Shown: positions 10,666-24,029, counted from the stretch's first letter. The stretch is DNA of 60,864 nucleotides from Rhina ancylostomus (GCA_030265395.1 JARFYF010000036.1:14989693-15050556); one strand, 5' to 3'. Made by a program: numbers and translations. Notes: a model not told the origin generated them from the letters alone.

Positions 10666-13600
10666 AATTAATTCATTCTAAACAATTAACATTAAGAAGA
10701 GCAAAGGGCATGATAAATCGGAGCAAAAACAGGTTACATTGTGCATTAAGCCAACTCTGCCTTTTAATAAGATCGTTGCTGATCTGATTTAGGCCTTGGT
10801 TTAATTTTCCCTTTGCGATTTCTCAGACTAACTTCTATTGTAGAAGACCTGTGACAGCACACCTCCACTTTAAGAGATGTTGGCCAACTTTGACTTTTGT
10901 TCGCTTGCTTTAAGATGTGTTAACTACTCCTGATATTGTGAAACCTTCAGAAGGCACATAGCCAGTGAACAGCGAGGTTAGCACTGGCTGCATGCAGCAA
11001 TCATGCAATTGAACTTGCAGTGGGAAATTGGCTTGTTGTCTGTTTTAGAAGCCACACACTCAGGACTATTGTGCATCACAACCTCTTGCACCTGTATTTG
11101 GGGAAGTTGGCATGTTTTACCTCATAAAAATTTTGCAAGAAAGCAAATAAAGAAACTTTCATCAGTGAAGAGGCCACTAAATAAAATAAAACAAATCAAA
11201 TCTAAGTTATCTTAAGATTTTTGCAGAAAAATCAGAATTCAAGTTAAGGTTGAGCAGAATTTAAAAGTGAAAAAGAAATACGAACAGAAAATAAACATTG
11301 CACCTTCACTTAACATAACTAATCATTTCTAAATTCAATGCAGCATATGTAATTCAAGATTTATTTTCTGAGATAAAAGTGATTACATATACTTGGAGCT
11401 CAAGATATAATGCTTCTGTACATTGCTGCATGAGACCTTGTGTTATTGTAAGATTTGAGCTATTAACCTTTTACAATATTATTTATTCACTTTTGCTAAT
11501 TTTCTTGGCTGGGATACATGACCTGTGAATATTTCTGCTATTTTCTATTTATACTTGCAATTGAGATATTCAATTGATGTCTTGCATGCTCTGATAATAT
11601 TCTTGGTGTAAGTAAAGGACCATATGACACACTGTACACAGAACAACTTTCTCTATCATTCCTCAATGTCACACTTAATCAGTATCACCAAAAACCAGTG
11701 GAAATTGTTTGTGGAATGTTTGCATGGTATTATTTCATATAACCGTGTTTGTGCAGTAATTTGAGCATGAGGATTTATGCAATTTGATATGAAATATACT
11801 TTATAATTTTTTCTGCATATCTACTTAATTGACATTCCAATTCAGACAAGGGTGCCAAGCATAGATTCTTAAATACGCTTGGATGTTTGGATGTCTTAAC
11901 TCTGAAAATTTCTGAGGAAGATGAAGTGCTCCCTCTGGTGTTGGTCTAAATACTTTCTTAATGCTGTCATGGTGAAAATCTCTTTAAAGAGAATTTTAAA
12001 TATCACTTTTGAAGCAGAGTAAAGTCAATTTCACTCTTACTGCAGTAACAAAATGGTGGTTAATTTTATAATTTTATTTGTGTTTGTTAATTTCCTATCT
12101 CTAAAGTTAAAAGGGAATTAAAAACAGTAAAATGTCAGGACAATATAGATTTTAATAAAATGCTCTGCACTATTGAAGGGAGCTACATTTTTGAGTGAAC
12201 AATGCAGTGTTCAGAAACACTGAATGAGCTAACTATTGTTGTTTACAATTGCTTTTGATTGAAAATCCCAGAAGCTAATAATAAATTTACATAAGGCACT
12301 AATCTAGCCACATTTTGTGCACACGTGATTACAATAAAGACATCCAGATTATATACAGTACTTTTGCATTACTAATCAAGCCTATGTAGTTCACTGCAGA
12401 GAGGAACCATATTATAACAAGTACACTGCAAGGCCTTTCTTTGTCCATTGTTTTTCCTATCTTTTTAACAAAATCTTTTTAACAAAAGTTTGAAATAAAG
12501 TAAACTAGTTATTATCAACACAGTTTATAGGCTTCTTTAGATGTACCACAGGAAAGTAAAATTAAGCAGATACCTAGTTCAGGGTGGTTTGAACTAGAAT
12601 CCTAATGTGATGCAAAATTAAAACCTGACCTGAACCCAGCCAATCTGAATCTGACAGCTTGAGGGCCTATGATATTTTTCAGTACCTGACCCAACTCAAA
12701 ACCATGCTAAGGCCAGGACCTGTGGGTTTGTGTCAGGTAACCAGGCTCCAGTTTCAGTTATGAATAGACACTCGATAGTCTGAGTTAGTTTAAAGTGAAG
12801 AATAGGCTTATGTTCTATTGGATTCAAAAGACCAAAATATAAGCTTTTAGGACACTGAATGAAATATAGAAATTGAATCCCCGTAAGATGTGGATTGCTT
12901 GGGGTCATTAACTTTGGCTGAAGTGTTAAATGTTGGATTGGTGATGCACATTGAATTAAATGATGCTGAAGCAGAATAAACATTCAAATTTGTAAATATG
13001 TAAAATGTGGAGAAAATTCATGTGGAGGTTTTATTAATAAGAACCTGGAATAAGAATAATTAATATTAATTATTAATTAATAAGAATTTCAGGGTATTGG
13101 TATTAGGATATATTTTGATATCATCGTGGTGGATTGCAGTTTATTTTGATCCTGCGCTTTTCTTTGTACTTATCTAACTTGAGTTGTATGCAGATTAATG
13201 GAATTTCTACTTTTTATGTGTTACAAGTTTTCATGATTCATACTAATGCAATTCACAAGGGGATCATGTATGGACACTGTTTTCTCAGGGTTCAGATGAT
13301 GTGTTATATGAGAAGAATGGGAAGCTGAGGCTGCTCACCATCTTGAGTATACCGGACAGGAAGACTGTATATTTAATTTAAACCCAAGTGTTGTATGCAT
13401 GCAAGCAGGGAGGCTTTTGTGTAGAATTTGAATCCCAATATGGAAAATAAAAGTCAATAACATCCTTTAGGATTCTGCTCATGCCAAGTTGAATGATAAA
13501 TTGCTAAAAGTTGTACTGTGGGGCACAGTGTTTTTATTTGTTACACAATAGAATATTATGCAAAACTTGATTGCTAAATGAAATTGGCCCTTCTATCAAT

Positions 13601-14419
13601 GGGTTGGGAAATTGTAGAGTGACTTTCAATGTGGGTAACATGTTTACACATGAAGGGTTCTGGGCACACCAGAGATGCACTATGTGTGACGTGAAATTCC
13701 ACCACACCCATGCAGTTGGCAAGTAGCAAGGGCTTTGAATGCTGAAACATACCTTTGTCATGGGAGAGTTAAAACCTATTTGGGCATCAATTATAGAGGC
13801 TACACTTACGTAGCCTGAGGTTCTTCAGTTGCTGAAGTCATGATCCCTTTAACCAAGCTGTCTGATGCTGAGTGTGTCCATCTTCAATGTAAGTTCACCG
13901 ATCTCTTTAGCTGAAGGACTTACTATTGTAATTACTCATAGCTTTCTGATAATTCTAGTAATTTTGTCATAACTAAAGAGCATAGGTATAGCGTAAGAGA
14001 TGAGAGATTTAGTGTGGTTATGACATAAAACTTTTTCACCCATGGGATGATGGAATCTGGAACACATTGCTTGAGAAGGTGACAGAGGCACATACGCTCA
14101 CAACATTTAAGAAGTATCTAGATGAGCACTTTAATCACAAAGTGCATGTGGACCAAGCACTATACTTGGGATTGGTACAGATAGGTATTTGATGATCAAA
14201 ATGGACATGATGGGCTAAAGGGTCTATTTCTGTGCTATATGTCTCTATGTAATGCACTGGAATACTTTCCTACAGTAAAGGCTTTGTCTGAATGCTGTTT
14301 CTTTTCCAGCCAGATTGGTAGCAACATGACTTAAGTTAATCTTGGCATACCTAGGCTAAAGATGGGAAATATTGCCATAGATTTATGTGTCTATTAACCC
14401 CTATTTGAAATTGTCTGTA

Positions 14420-14727
14420 CAGGGTCTTCCTGGATTATTAATGACCTGACTTACAGAAAATTGACTTTATCAAAGTTCTCAAATACATTTTTAAAGCATT
14501 TTAAAAGATAGAGTTAAAAATAATAAAATGTTTCATGGTATTCATTAATGACTGAATACAATGTATATTCCATTAATTTCATTATGGGTAGCGATAGAAT
14601 GATTGTTGAATGAAATGAAGGAATGTTAGCAATATGATATTGGTTGCTTTAGGAAACAGACTTACGAGAAATTGGCATACGGACAGTTCCCAGGAGCAGA
14701 ACCCTTGCGTAACCAAGGGACTGCCTG
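14420..14727. mobile_element. Tigger-like MITE with TA target duplication
   Basis: TA|cagggtcttcctggatta ... gtaaccaagggactgcctg|TA: imperfect terminal inverted repeats flanked by TA at 14418-14419 and 14728-14729. Confidence 0.6.
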
Positions 14728-15041
14728 TATATGGATGTTAAGCTGAGCTCAGCAATGTTGTACTGATTGATGACATAGCTTGCTATGGAATCATATCTCA
14801 ATATATATCTTCAAGAGAAAAAGGGAAGACTGTTTAACCTGTGTTTGGTTCTAGATTTTTTAGGCTATTACATACTGCACTTATTAATTTGCTTTAAAAA
14901 AATTGTATTCTTGAAGACAATTAAAAGTCTTCAAAACTGTTGTTTTCCATGTTATCTTAGACAGAAGAGAACAACTTTATAGAAGAGAGAGAAAAAAATC
15001 TTTTGTCTTGCATGGTACCCTACTTTCTTTATTTTATATAG

Positions 15042-15275
15042 TTTCTCCAGGAGCCACAGTATTAGTAGAGGTGAGTGCTGATATCCACATCTGCGGCATC
15101 TGCAAGCAACAATACAACACGTTAGATAATTTTGTGGCCCACAAGCAAAATGGCTGCCATCTGGGTTCAGCTGCAGGCCCGAGTTCTGTTCAGTTTGTGG
15201 CAGAGGCAGCAACACCTGCTACCCAGACTCAGACAGCTACAAGTACCATTACTGCACAGACACAAACCATCTCAG
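15042..15275 (+). CDS. ZFP64: ZFP64 coding exon 2 (N-terminal CCHC finger)
   Basis: ORF 15008 encodes PGATVLVEVSADIHICGICKQQYNTLDNFVAHKQNGC...TQTQTATSTITAQTQTIS, matching recalled ZFP64 TVLVELTPDIHICGICKQQFNNLDAFVAHKQSGC. Acceptor tttcttt..tatag| ends at 15041, donor GTATGG at 15276, 234 nt. Confidence 0.93.
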
Positions 15276-16594
15276 GTATGGAAAAGTCAAACAGAATTTT
15301 ATTTGATTCTGAAAACTAATAGTGATGGCATGATGTTCATTGTTAGCTATACTTGTTTGCAGATTGGCTGCAATTCTTGGCTGCAGCTGAACTGAAATTT
15401 GTGAAATGTATGGTAACTTATTAAACATNNNNNNNNNNNNNNNNNNNNNNNNNNNNNNNNNNNNNNNNNNNNNNNNNNNNNNNNNNNNNNNNNNNNNNNN
15501 NNNNNNNNNNNNNNNNNNNNNNNNNNNNTGTATGGTAACTTATTAAACATTGTTAAGTAGTTAAACTTTTAGTGGAAATTAAATGGAGTTACTAATAAAG
15601 TTAATGTAATGTTAATGCAATGAAGATATTTCTTTTAAATTAGTTAATTAACCTGAAATTGTGTTTAGTTAAATAATCTGGCAAACATAATGTGGATGTT
15701 TGCAGAGGGATGGGCTGGTGTGATTCAGAATAAAAAAGGGAATTTTGAAATCCAGGTTTTTCTTCACACGTCTAGAATGTCACTCAAATTCTCTCAGCCC
15801 TGGAATGACACCTGAGAATTCTACTTGTATTATTTTGTTTTTCTTTCATTTTCTGGAATATATAATACTTTAGTTAATTGTTGCTGCTTTCTCTTTTTGT
15901 TCTGAAAAGTGACAGGAGGTGCAGTTCCAGTGACGGGCAAGATCAACAGAGTTTCGTGTTTTAGCAACAGCGATAGCTTTTGAGTGCATCTTACAAATAT
16001 TTTGATGTGGCTTGGATTGCTAAATACCATGTTCTGAGATGACAGGAAACTGATATATGATATGCATTCAAATCAATGGTTAAGTTCTTGTTAAAGGACT
16101 ATAGGTGATTGGCTGCAAGTTTTAAGACAATAATTAATTCATATAATCTGACCTTTTGAACAATGAGAGCAAAGTACTGGAGTCAAATCACCAAACCAGT
16201 TTCTCTCCAGATATTTCACTTTTGTCACACAAATACTGAGACAATGCTGATCATCAAAATAATTACAGTATAAGTGCTGAGGTAAATAGGTCATCTAATA
16301 GCTTTGTAATTATTGTGATTAAATGTGTCAACCATGTTGCAGCACTTGGCCTCATTTGAATTTGATGACCTCAGCCAGTTTAGCAGTAGGTGTATAATCA
16401 GTAGCCCCTGATGGTGCATGATTGGGGCCAACACAGCTGAAGGCAGGATTGATTCAATATCTCACTGCCTTATCAGCTGTTAAGAAACAAACAAAAGAGT
16501 ATCTGCTTGGTTAGGAGGNNNNNNNNNNAATTGTCATATAAAACTTCCTGTACTCTATTCTCTTACTGGGAAGTCCCTTAGAAAAAAAACACAA

Positions 16595-17030
16595 AAGCTT
16601 GCATTTGTATATCACCTTGTAGTCAAAAAATAAGGACAAAATGACATTGAGTCACAGAAGCAGATATCAGTACAGGTCAAAGAGTTAGCGATAATGGATA
16701 TTCAATAAAGGAGGAAAGAGAGAGATGCTTTAGAACGGGAATTCTAGAGGATAGAATCAAGGCAATTGAAAGCACTGTCACTAGTGGTGCAAGTGTGCAA
16801 ACCACCAGCATTAGAGAAGCACAGAGACTGAGGAGGCTTAAGTGCTGGAGAGGTTGCAGAGATGGACTGGTCAGTTGGAGAAAGAGTGGTGAAGTTGGCA
16901 AGGCCAAGGAGGGACTTGAAAGCAGACTGCAGAAGGTAGCATGAATAAGCACGATGGGTGAGTGAGATTTTGAGCAAGCTAAGCTACAGGCAGCAGAGTT
17001 TTGGGTGAGCAAAAGGCTGAGGAGATTAAA
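16595..17030 (-). mobile_element. L2-like LINE 3' fragment
   Basis: Starts with the reversed tail aagcttgcatttgtatatcacc, followed by a purine-rich body shared with 21540-22100, 26870-27290 and 32740-33090. Confidence 0.5.
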
Positions 17031-17177
17031 AACCAAAGAATTTATGCCTGTATGCAGCAAGACCCAGACAACATTCANNNNNNNNNNNNNNNNNNNNNNN
17101 NNNNNNNNNNNNNNNNNNNNNNNNNNNNNNNNNNNNNNNNNNNNNNNNNNNNNNNNNNNNNNNNNNNNNNNNNNNNN

Positions 17178-17590
17178 ATTAAAAACCAAAGAATTTATGC
17201 CTGTATGCAGCAAGACCCAGACAACATTCAGGAATGAGGTGATATTGGCAAGTGACTTCTGTGCCACAGTGACCACCTCTACAAGAAAGAGTTCAATCAC
17301 CTATGCTTGACATTGGGTGACATCACCAAATCTCTATCCAACATCATCCTAGGGTCACCACTGATCAGAAGCTCAGCTGAACCAGACACATAAATACTGT
17401 GGCTACAGGAGCAGGTTAGAGGCTGGGTGTCCCACTGGTGAATGACTTGCTTATTGATATTCCAAAGGCATATGTTAGAAGCATGATGGAATACATTACA
17501 GTTCCTTGGAGTGTTCAACTCCAACAATTTTCAAGAAGGTTGATGCCATCCAGGATAAGGCAGTCTTGATTGGCTCCCAATTATTGCACA
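17178..17590 (+). mobile_element. CR1/L2-group LINE RT fragment
   Basis: MQQDPDNIQ and tggcaagtgacttctgtgccac..ctgaaccagacacataaatactgtggctaca; same family inverted at 45060-45440. Confidence 0.6.
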
Positions 17591-17599
17591 TTGTTACCT

Positions 17600-18760
17600 C
17601 CTGCCACCCCCAAAAATTTACTTCCTACTCTGTTTCCTGTCTGTTAACAAATTTTCAGTCCATGTTAGTATATTATCCGCAATCCCATGTGCTTTAATTT
17701 TGCATACAATCCTTTTGTGTAGAATGATATGGAAGGCCTTCTGAAAATCCAATATAGCACATCCACTGTTCTGCTTTATCTACTTTACCAGTTATATTTA
17801 TAAAAATTCTCAATAGCTTTGTCAAAAATGAATTCCCTTGTATGAATCCATGCTGACTTTGTCAATAGTTTATATTTTCTAAGTGTCCTACCATCATATC
17901 CTTTATAGTACACTGTACTGTAGCATTTTCCCAACTGCTTTTTGAAGGCCAACCAGTCTGTATTTCCCTGTTTTTTAACTCTCCCTTTTTAAAAAAATAT
18001 TGGGGTTACATTTACCTCATCTAATCTGCAGGACATGTTCCATAATCAATAGAATGTTGGAAGATGACTATCAATGCATCCACTATTTCTATGGTTACCT
18101 TTCAGTATGACGGGTTGCAGATTATCTGGCCCTGGGATTTATTTATCAGCTTTCCATGCCATTAATTTCTCTGGCACCCTTTTGTTTAAGTAATGCTAGT
18201 TTCCTTTATTTCTTTTTATGATACTCTTGGTTGTCAAGCATTTCTGGGAAATTACTTGTGTCCCCTTTTTTTGAAGACAGAGCCAAAGTGCTTGTTTAGT
18301 TATGCTGTTATTTACTTGTTCCCCATTATAAATTCTTACATTTCTGAGCCTGATGGACCTATGCTTACCTGAACTAATCTTTATCTTTTTAAATATTTTT
18401 AAAGTTTTTATAGTCCACTTTGATCTTTCTTGCAAGTTTACTCTCACTGTTTTTTTTTTGCCATCTTAATAAAACTTTTTTGCTGAATTCTAAACTGCTC
18501 CCAAACTTCAGACCTGTGACTTTATATGACTCCTCTTTGGATCAATTTCTGTCCTTCTGTTAGCTATGAGTCACTTCATCATTTTATGGAATGTATACCG
18601 GTTGCCTACTTGTATTCATTCCTTAAGTGATAGGCATTGCCTATCCATCATCATGCCTTTAAATGAAGCTTCCTAATCAATCCTAGTCACTCCTCATATG
18701 TTCATAGTTTCCTTTGTTTAAATTTTGGACACTAGGTTAGGATAAATCTGTACTGTCCTC
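17600..18760 (-). mobile_element. Decayed CR1 LINE fragment
   Basis: Reverse-complement RT motifs (aatccatgctgact = SQHGF, aaggccttctgaaaatccaa = LDFQKAF, ctggccctggg = PGP). Confidence 0.7.
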
Positions 18761-19304
18761 TGGAACCCACCTTCCAAATTTGGTCAATATTGTTTTTATG
18801 GAAGTATACTATTATCCATAGTTTTAATCCCAGATGTACAATGCTTGGCTAGAGTTCCTGAATTGCAATCAATACCTTCACATTAATTAACTGAATATGA
18901 TGACATTCAATTTGTTCTCATATTTTATTGCTGTTCCCAGAACATTCACAGATTGCAAGGGATATCACTGAGGTCAGGTCTTCTGTGTTAGCAGCCTGTA
19001 GAGCTCTTTTAGTTCCTGTAATGCCATCATTCATGAGCCTTCAACTGGGCCCAAGCTCAGGTGTAGTAACTGAAAGAAATGCATGGCAGTGGTGGAAATG
19101 TGATGGTGGCAGCAGCACTGTGGAGCAGAGGGTGGGCAGAGGAATGGTCAGGCTGTGCTGGGCTGCTCTTTCCTTTCCTGTTCGTCACTGTTCCTTTCAT
19201 GCCCTAACAGTAGCTTCCAATATTCAGTCCCATTGAGTAGGAGGGGCAGGACAAGTATCTGTGTTGCACAGGAGGGTGGACAAAGAGCAGTCCGAACCTG
19301 TAGT

Positions 19305-19464
19305 CACCATGTTAATTGGCCATTGTAAATTACCCCCTAGTGTGCAGATGAGTAAAAGAAGGTGGGGGCAGTTGATTGGAATGTGGGGAGAATAAAATGG
19401 ATTAGGATAGGGTTAGTGTAAAAATGGTTGCTGAATAGTTGGTGTGAACTTGATGAGTGGAAGG
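19305..19464 (+). mobile_element. HE1-like V-SINE 3' half with CR1-type tail
   Basis: gttaattggccattgtaaattaccccctagtgtg..gtggggagaataaaatggatta..gaacttgatgagtggaagg, truncated by a gap. Confidence 0.55.
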
Positions 19465-19564
19465 NNNNNNNNNNNNNNNNNNNNNNNNNNNNNNNNNNNN
19501 NNNNNNNNNNNNNNNNNNNNNNNNNNNNNNNNNNNNNNNNNNNNNNNNNNNNNNNNNNNNNNNN

Positions 19565-19637
<73 letters not shown>
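19565..19637. repeat. (AC)n microsatellite
   Basis: At least ~36 perfect AC units adjoining a 100-N gap. Confidence 0.98.
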
Positions 19638-19640
<3 letters not shown>

Positions 19641-20299
19641 GCACTCTAAAGGTGTTCCTGCACAAGTAAGATAGTGCTCATGTGCCAAAAAATGCATCAT
19701 TAATGCTTTGCATGTTTGAAATCATTCTGTAACATGATGTTCCATTAGGGGGCAGTATCATACCAAATTTGCCAAAATACTAACCTTCATTCAATCAGTC
19801 AGTTTACTTAATTGGAACTAATTCATTTATTTTTACAACTAATATAATTTAACAGAATTGGCACTCTCAAATATCTAAAAATGAAGTTAAGTATAGAGAT
19901 TGGAATTGTTGGAGTAACACTCTACCCAAATAACAGTAACAGTTTTCTGCAAAATGATGTGCATGTGCTTTGTATTCCCTCACCTCTCCCATGACAAATG
20001 GCGTAATGAGGTGCTGGAGCTCCAGCCAAAATATGTGCCCACTTTGTGCTGTTAATAGGGCAGTCAAGTCCCTCAAATCGTAACTTTTTCATTCATGAGC
20101 GATATATGGGTAAGACCAACCTTTAATTTTCATCCTTGGTTGTTTCTGAGAATCCCTCCTTCTCCCTCAGTTTCCTACTTCTCCCCATTTCACTGATGGT
20201 TTACTGGTTTTTGGAACTTCTACAGCACTTCTTCCATAAAGTTATTGATAACTGTAAGGTAAACATAGTAAAATTTTGCTCAATGTACAATTAAATACA

Positions 20300-20710
20300 T
20301 TTGGGGGAGAAGAGGAGGAGGGGTGGTGATACTGGTCAGGGACACGGTTACAGCTGTGGAAAGGGTGGATATTGTAGAAGGATCGTCTCTAGAGTCCGTG
20401 TGGGTGGAAGTAAGGAAGAAGAAAGGAGCAGTTACTCTACTGGGAGTATTCTACAGGCCCCCCAGTAGCAGTAGAGATATAGAGGAGCAGATTGGCAGGC
20501 AGTGTTTGGAGAGAAGTAAAAATAACAGGGTNNNNNNNNNNNNNNNNNNNNNNNNNNNNNNNNNNNNNNNNNNNNNNNNNNNNNNNNNNNNNNNNNNNNN
20601 NNNNNNNNNNNNNNNNNNNNNNNNNNNNNNNTGTGAGGTGTGGTTTGATGGGCAGCACAACATGGTGGGCCAAAGGGCCTGTATTGTGCTGTATTGTTCT
20701 ATGGTTCTTA
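20300..20710 (+). mobile_element. Young CR1 LINE, interior hidden in a 100-N gap
   Basis: Uninterrupted endonuclease peptide GGGVVILVRD..ESVWVEV..TLLGVFYRPPSS before the gap, CR1 3' tail immediately after it. Confidence 0.85.
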
Positions 20711-20744
20711 ATTAATAATAAGTCAATCTGTTGCGATGGTATCA

Positions 20745-20880
20745 GTACAGTAGACTAGGCTGTTCTTCAGATAACAATGTGCTATCTTTTACAGCCACTT
20801 GAGAGTAAACTGAGGCCTCAGTTTAGTGCCACATCTGAAAAATATCCCTATGTCCAATGCACTCCCTCAGAGTGCCATTA
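20745..20880 (-). mobile_element. DeuSINE (SacSINE1/AmnSINE1-like) central fragment
   Basis: ctgaggcctcagtttagtgccacatctgaaaa..gcactccctcag is the reverse of the recalled consensus ctgagggagtgc..tttcggatg..ttaaaccgaggcc. Confidence 0.5.
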
Positions 20881-21539
20881 ACATATTCTTTTAAAACTGT
20901 TCTTTGTGACCTTCTGTTTTGTTATAATGCCGATATCAATAGTGTAGTCAAGTTTATCAGATAGTGATTATGTTAAGCTACAGGAGCCAGCATTGCAACT
21001 CGACATTTGAGATTCCATGTAAAAATAATGTCACAGTGCCTTATTTTCCTTGGAGTTGATGATTTCATTATCTGGTGCTTCACACATGCATCAGATTTCT
21101 TGAAATGTTTAAGGTTGCTTTGATTTCAAGCATGGCCGTACTGAAACAATTATTTTAACCACAATAAGAAACATTATATTAAAAAAATGATAATATAATG
21201 CATTTCCATTTCTTAAAGTAATTTTCTTGCCTGATTTTTTTTTTTGGCCCTTTCTGCTGCACACACCAGCATACTCCTGTGTGATACTTGTCTTGGCATG
21301 GAGTTTCCCTGGTCAACGGTTAGCGATATAAAATCAATGTGAAAGCCCATGTGCTTGATGCCCAGGTTCAGAGGTTATGCTAATAATCACTGTGAAAGTC
21401 AGTATACTTTTTAAAAAAACTGTATTGTTTATATGATGGATTTTTCTTGCCTTCTTGAGCTTGTATATATGTACCATTATCAATATAGTAAACTGGTTCA
21501 CAGAAGCAACATCAAACATTTCGGAGATACAATGTCTGA

Positions 21540-22620
21540 TGATCAAAATCTGCATCAAAGAAATAGGTTTTAAGGATTATCATAGAGGAAGAAAGGGGTT
21601 AAGAGGTAGAAAGGTTTAGAAGGGGGATTCTGGAGTGCCAGATCCAGCCTAAATGCATGAGTGTATGGTAGAATCATTAAAATCAAGGACTTGCAGGAAT
21701 TTGATGAGCAGACGTAGCCTGGAGGATCATGGGGTTGGAGTAGATTATAGAAATAGTGATGGTCAAGACTATAGACAGATTTGAAAATAAGGATAAACAT
21801 TTTAAAATTAAGGCAAGGTTTAATCAGAGCCAGTGCACACAGTGTCATTGGTGATCAGACGAATTAGGATGTGGGCAGCAGGTTTCTGAGTGAGGATGCT
21901 GGGGAAGATGATAAATGGGAGGTTGGTCTGCAGCGCTTTGAACTGTTCAGGTTTAAAGGAAACAAGGGCATTGATGGTGGTTTCAGCAGCAGATAAATTG
22001 ACACAAACACAAATCTGGATTAAGTTTTCAAGGTGGAATTAGGAAGTTAGAGGATGGTGATTAGGAAACTCTAATCCAGGTCAAATAATTCACTGTGATT
22101 CTGAGGAGTCTGTTTGGTTTTAAACAGCCAAGGAAATAAAAAGAGGGAAGCTTTGATGCAGCTTGCAGGGTATGTTAGTGGGAGCAGACTTGGTATACTG
22201 CATGTGGTTTTGGTCTGTATATTTAAGGAATGATGTACTTGCATTGGGGAAAGCTCTTTGGGTTGATTCCTGGGGTAAGGGATGATGAAAGGTTGAGCCT
22301 AGACTCATTGCTTAGAGGAATGAAAGCTGATCTTATGAAAACATGTAAAATTCTGTTGAGATGTTGGTGTCTAGGTAACTGATTTTTTGATCATGAATTG
22401 ATCATTGGTATTGGTCTTCCTCATACGTTGAGAAAATTTCTGCATATTCAGTCTTGGAAACCAGACAAGCTATCTGACAAGTTAGAGGTAATGGAAGGGT
22501 TGAGAAAGTGACGGTGTGATGAATGTGGGTCTAATTAACAATGTATATGGACATCAGAAGATGTCACTAAGGAGTGGACCTACATGAGAAATAGGACTTT
22601 GGAGACATCTGAAGTGATGG
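21540..22620 (-). mobile_element. L2-like LINE 3' fragment with an embedded CR1 piece (~22190-22370)
   Basis: Minus ORF 21570-21848 contains LNFKMFILIFKS..LYNLLQPHDPP-like sequence of L2 C-termini. Confidence 0.55.
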
Positions 22621-22851
22621 AATGGAGGTGGGAAGAAAATTCATCACTAGATGGACAAGGATAGAAGCAGATTAGTCCATTCTCCTCATATTTCACACCT
22701 TTTGAAGTTTGCTTTGAACATATTTGAGGCCTCGGTTTGACATTGAACTAAATCATTGTCTTAATGACTACATTTCCCTGAAGGCCCCTTAACTACCTGA
22801 TTATTAATTAACTCCTTCCCAATGCACAATACTAGCTCTAACATTTTTTTA

Positions 22852-23145
22852 AAAGTCTGCAGATGCTGAAAATCTTAAATGACAATAGAAAATGCTGGAA
22901 AAACTCAGCAGGTCAGGCAGTGGCTGTCAGGACTGCGACATTAACCTATTTGGTATCGCTCTGTCAGAGTTATTCCTTTTGTTGTTTCCATCCCTCCCCT
23001 ACCTTCTCTGTAATTTAAAACTAAATTGTTTTCTCTCTTTGCCAGTTCTGACAAAGGATCTCAGACTTGAAACATTAACTGTGTTTCACTTTCCACAGCT
23101 TCTGCCTGGCCTGCTGAGTGTTTTCAGCATGTTCTGATTTTAGAT
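22852..23145. mobile_element. Penelope-derived fold-back element
   Basis: atgctggaaaaactcagcaggtcaggcag (22892) pairs with ctgcctggcctgctgagtgttttcagcat (23102-23130). Confidence 0.7.
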
Positions 23146-24029
23146 GTAAAATAATCTGTTGTTTCAAGAATGGATATTGGAATGATGAGACAAGGGAGGA
23201 TAAGTGATTGTATGGGTTTAGAAGAAACCTTGGAACATCTTTCAAACCAATGAGGTTAAAACTGGAGGAGATAAATAATGGGCATTTCACTATTGTTTGT
23301 CATTTTGATGGAACAGTGTTTCAGGTGCTAATAAGCATCTTGCCAGAAAATCAGAGGTGAACTTCCCTGCTGAGCACCAATGGGCCCAGAAATGGATACA
23401 ATTTTCTTCTGCTCCAGGTTGAGGTGGTATTGTAGTTTAAATACTGGAGAACAGAAGTTATCAAACAATCCACAAAATAAGCAAGCTGGACCATTGAAAA
23501 GGAATAGAGCTGTTATGTTTACCATTTGATAGGTTGAAAACATGATAATGGTAAGTGTTGTCCAACTATGAAAAATATAATGGTTTAACATCTCATATCA
23601 ACCCTCTTCTCATCAATTGTTCACTCAGACCACCTTCAAAGAAATTGGGACAATGTGCTTAAAGGACATGTCCAACTTACAAGGAACTAATTTTGCTGTA
23701 TGCTTTGGCTATGCAGTCATAAAGTATATATATAAAAAAATAAGTGAAATCTCATGAAAATAAGATCAGATCATATAAGGGGCAACTGATGCCTTGGAAT
23801 CCAGGAAATGCCTTTGACAGATCCAAGTATGCAGAATGTCAGTGACACAAATGTCTACTTTCATCATAGTCCTAGTATGAAAGACAAGATGGGAACTTCA
23901 TTAGAACTAACAAATTTACTACTTTATACAGCATACTAATCACACACTCCTTCTGGCACAGACACCTTCAGAGATATGAGCATCCTGAACACAGACCGTT
24001 TACTAAAGACATGCTGGATAAAGCATGGT

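Noticed and set aside
15407-15550. Direct repeat tgtatggtaacttattaaacat on both sides of a gap
   Set aside because: Identical sequence flanking a 100-N placeholder gap is most likely a contig overlap artefact.
17026-17230. ~52-bp exact duplication (attaaaaaccaaagaa..gacaacattca)
   Set aside because: Flanks a 100-N gap exactly; assembly overlap rather than a biological tandem repeat.
19337-19700. CVCVCV / HTHTHT ORFs
   Set aside because: Translations of the (AC)n microsatellite plus a gap.
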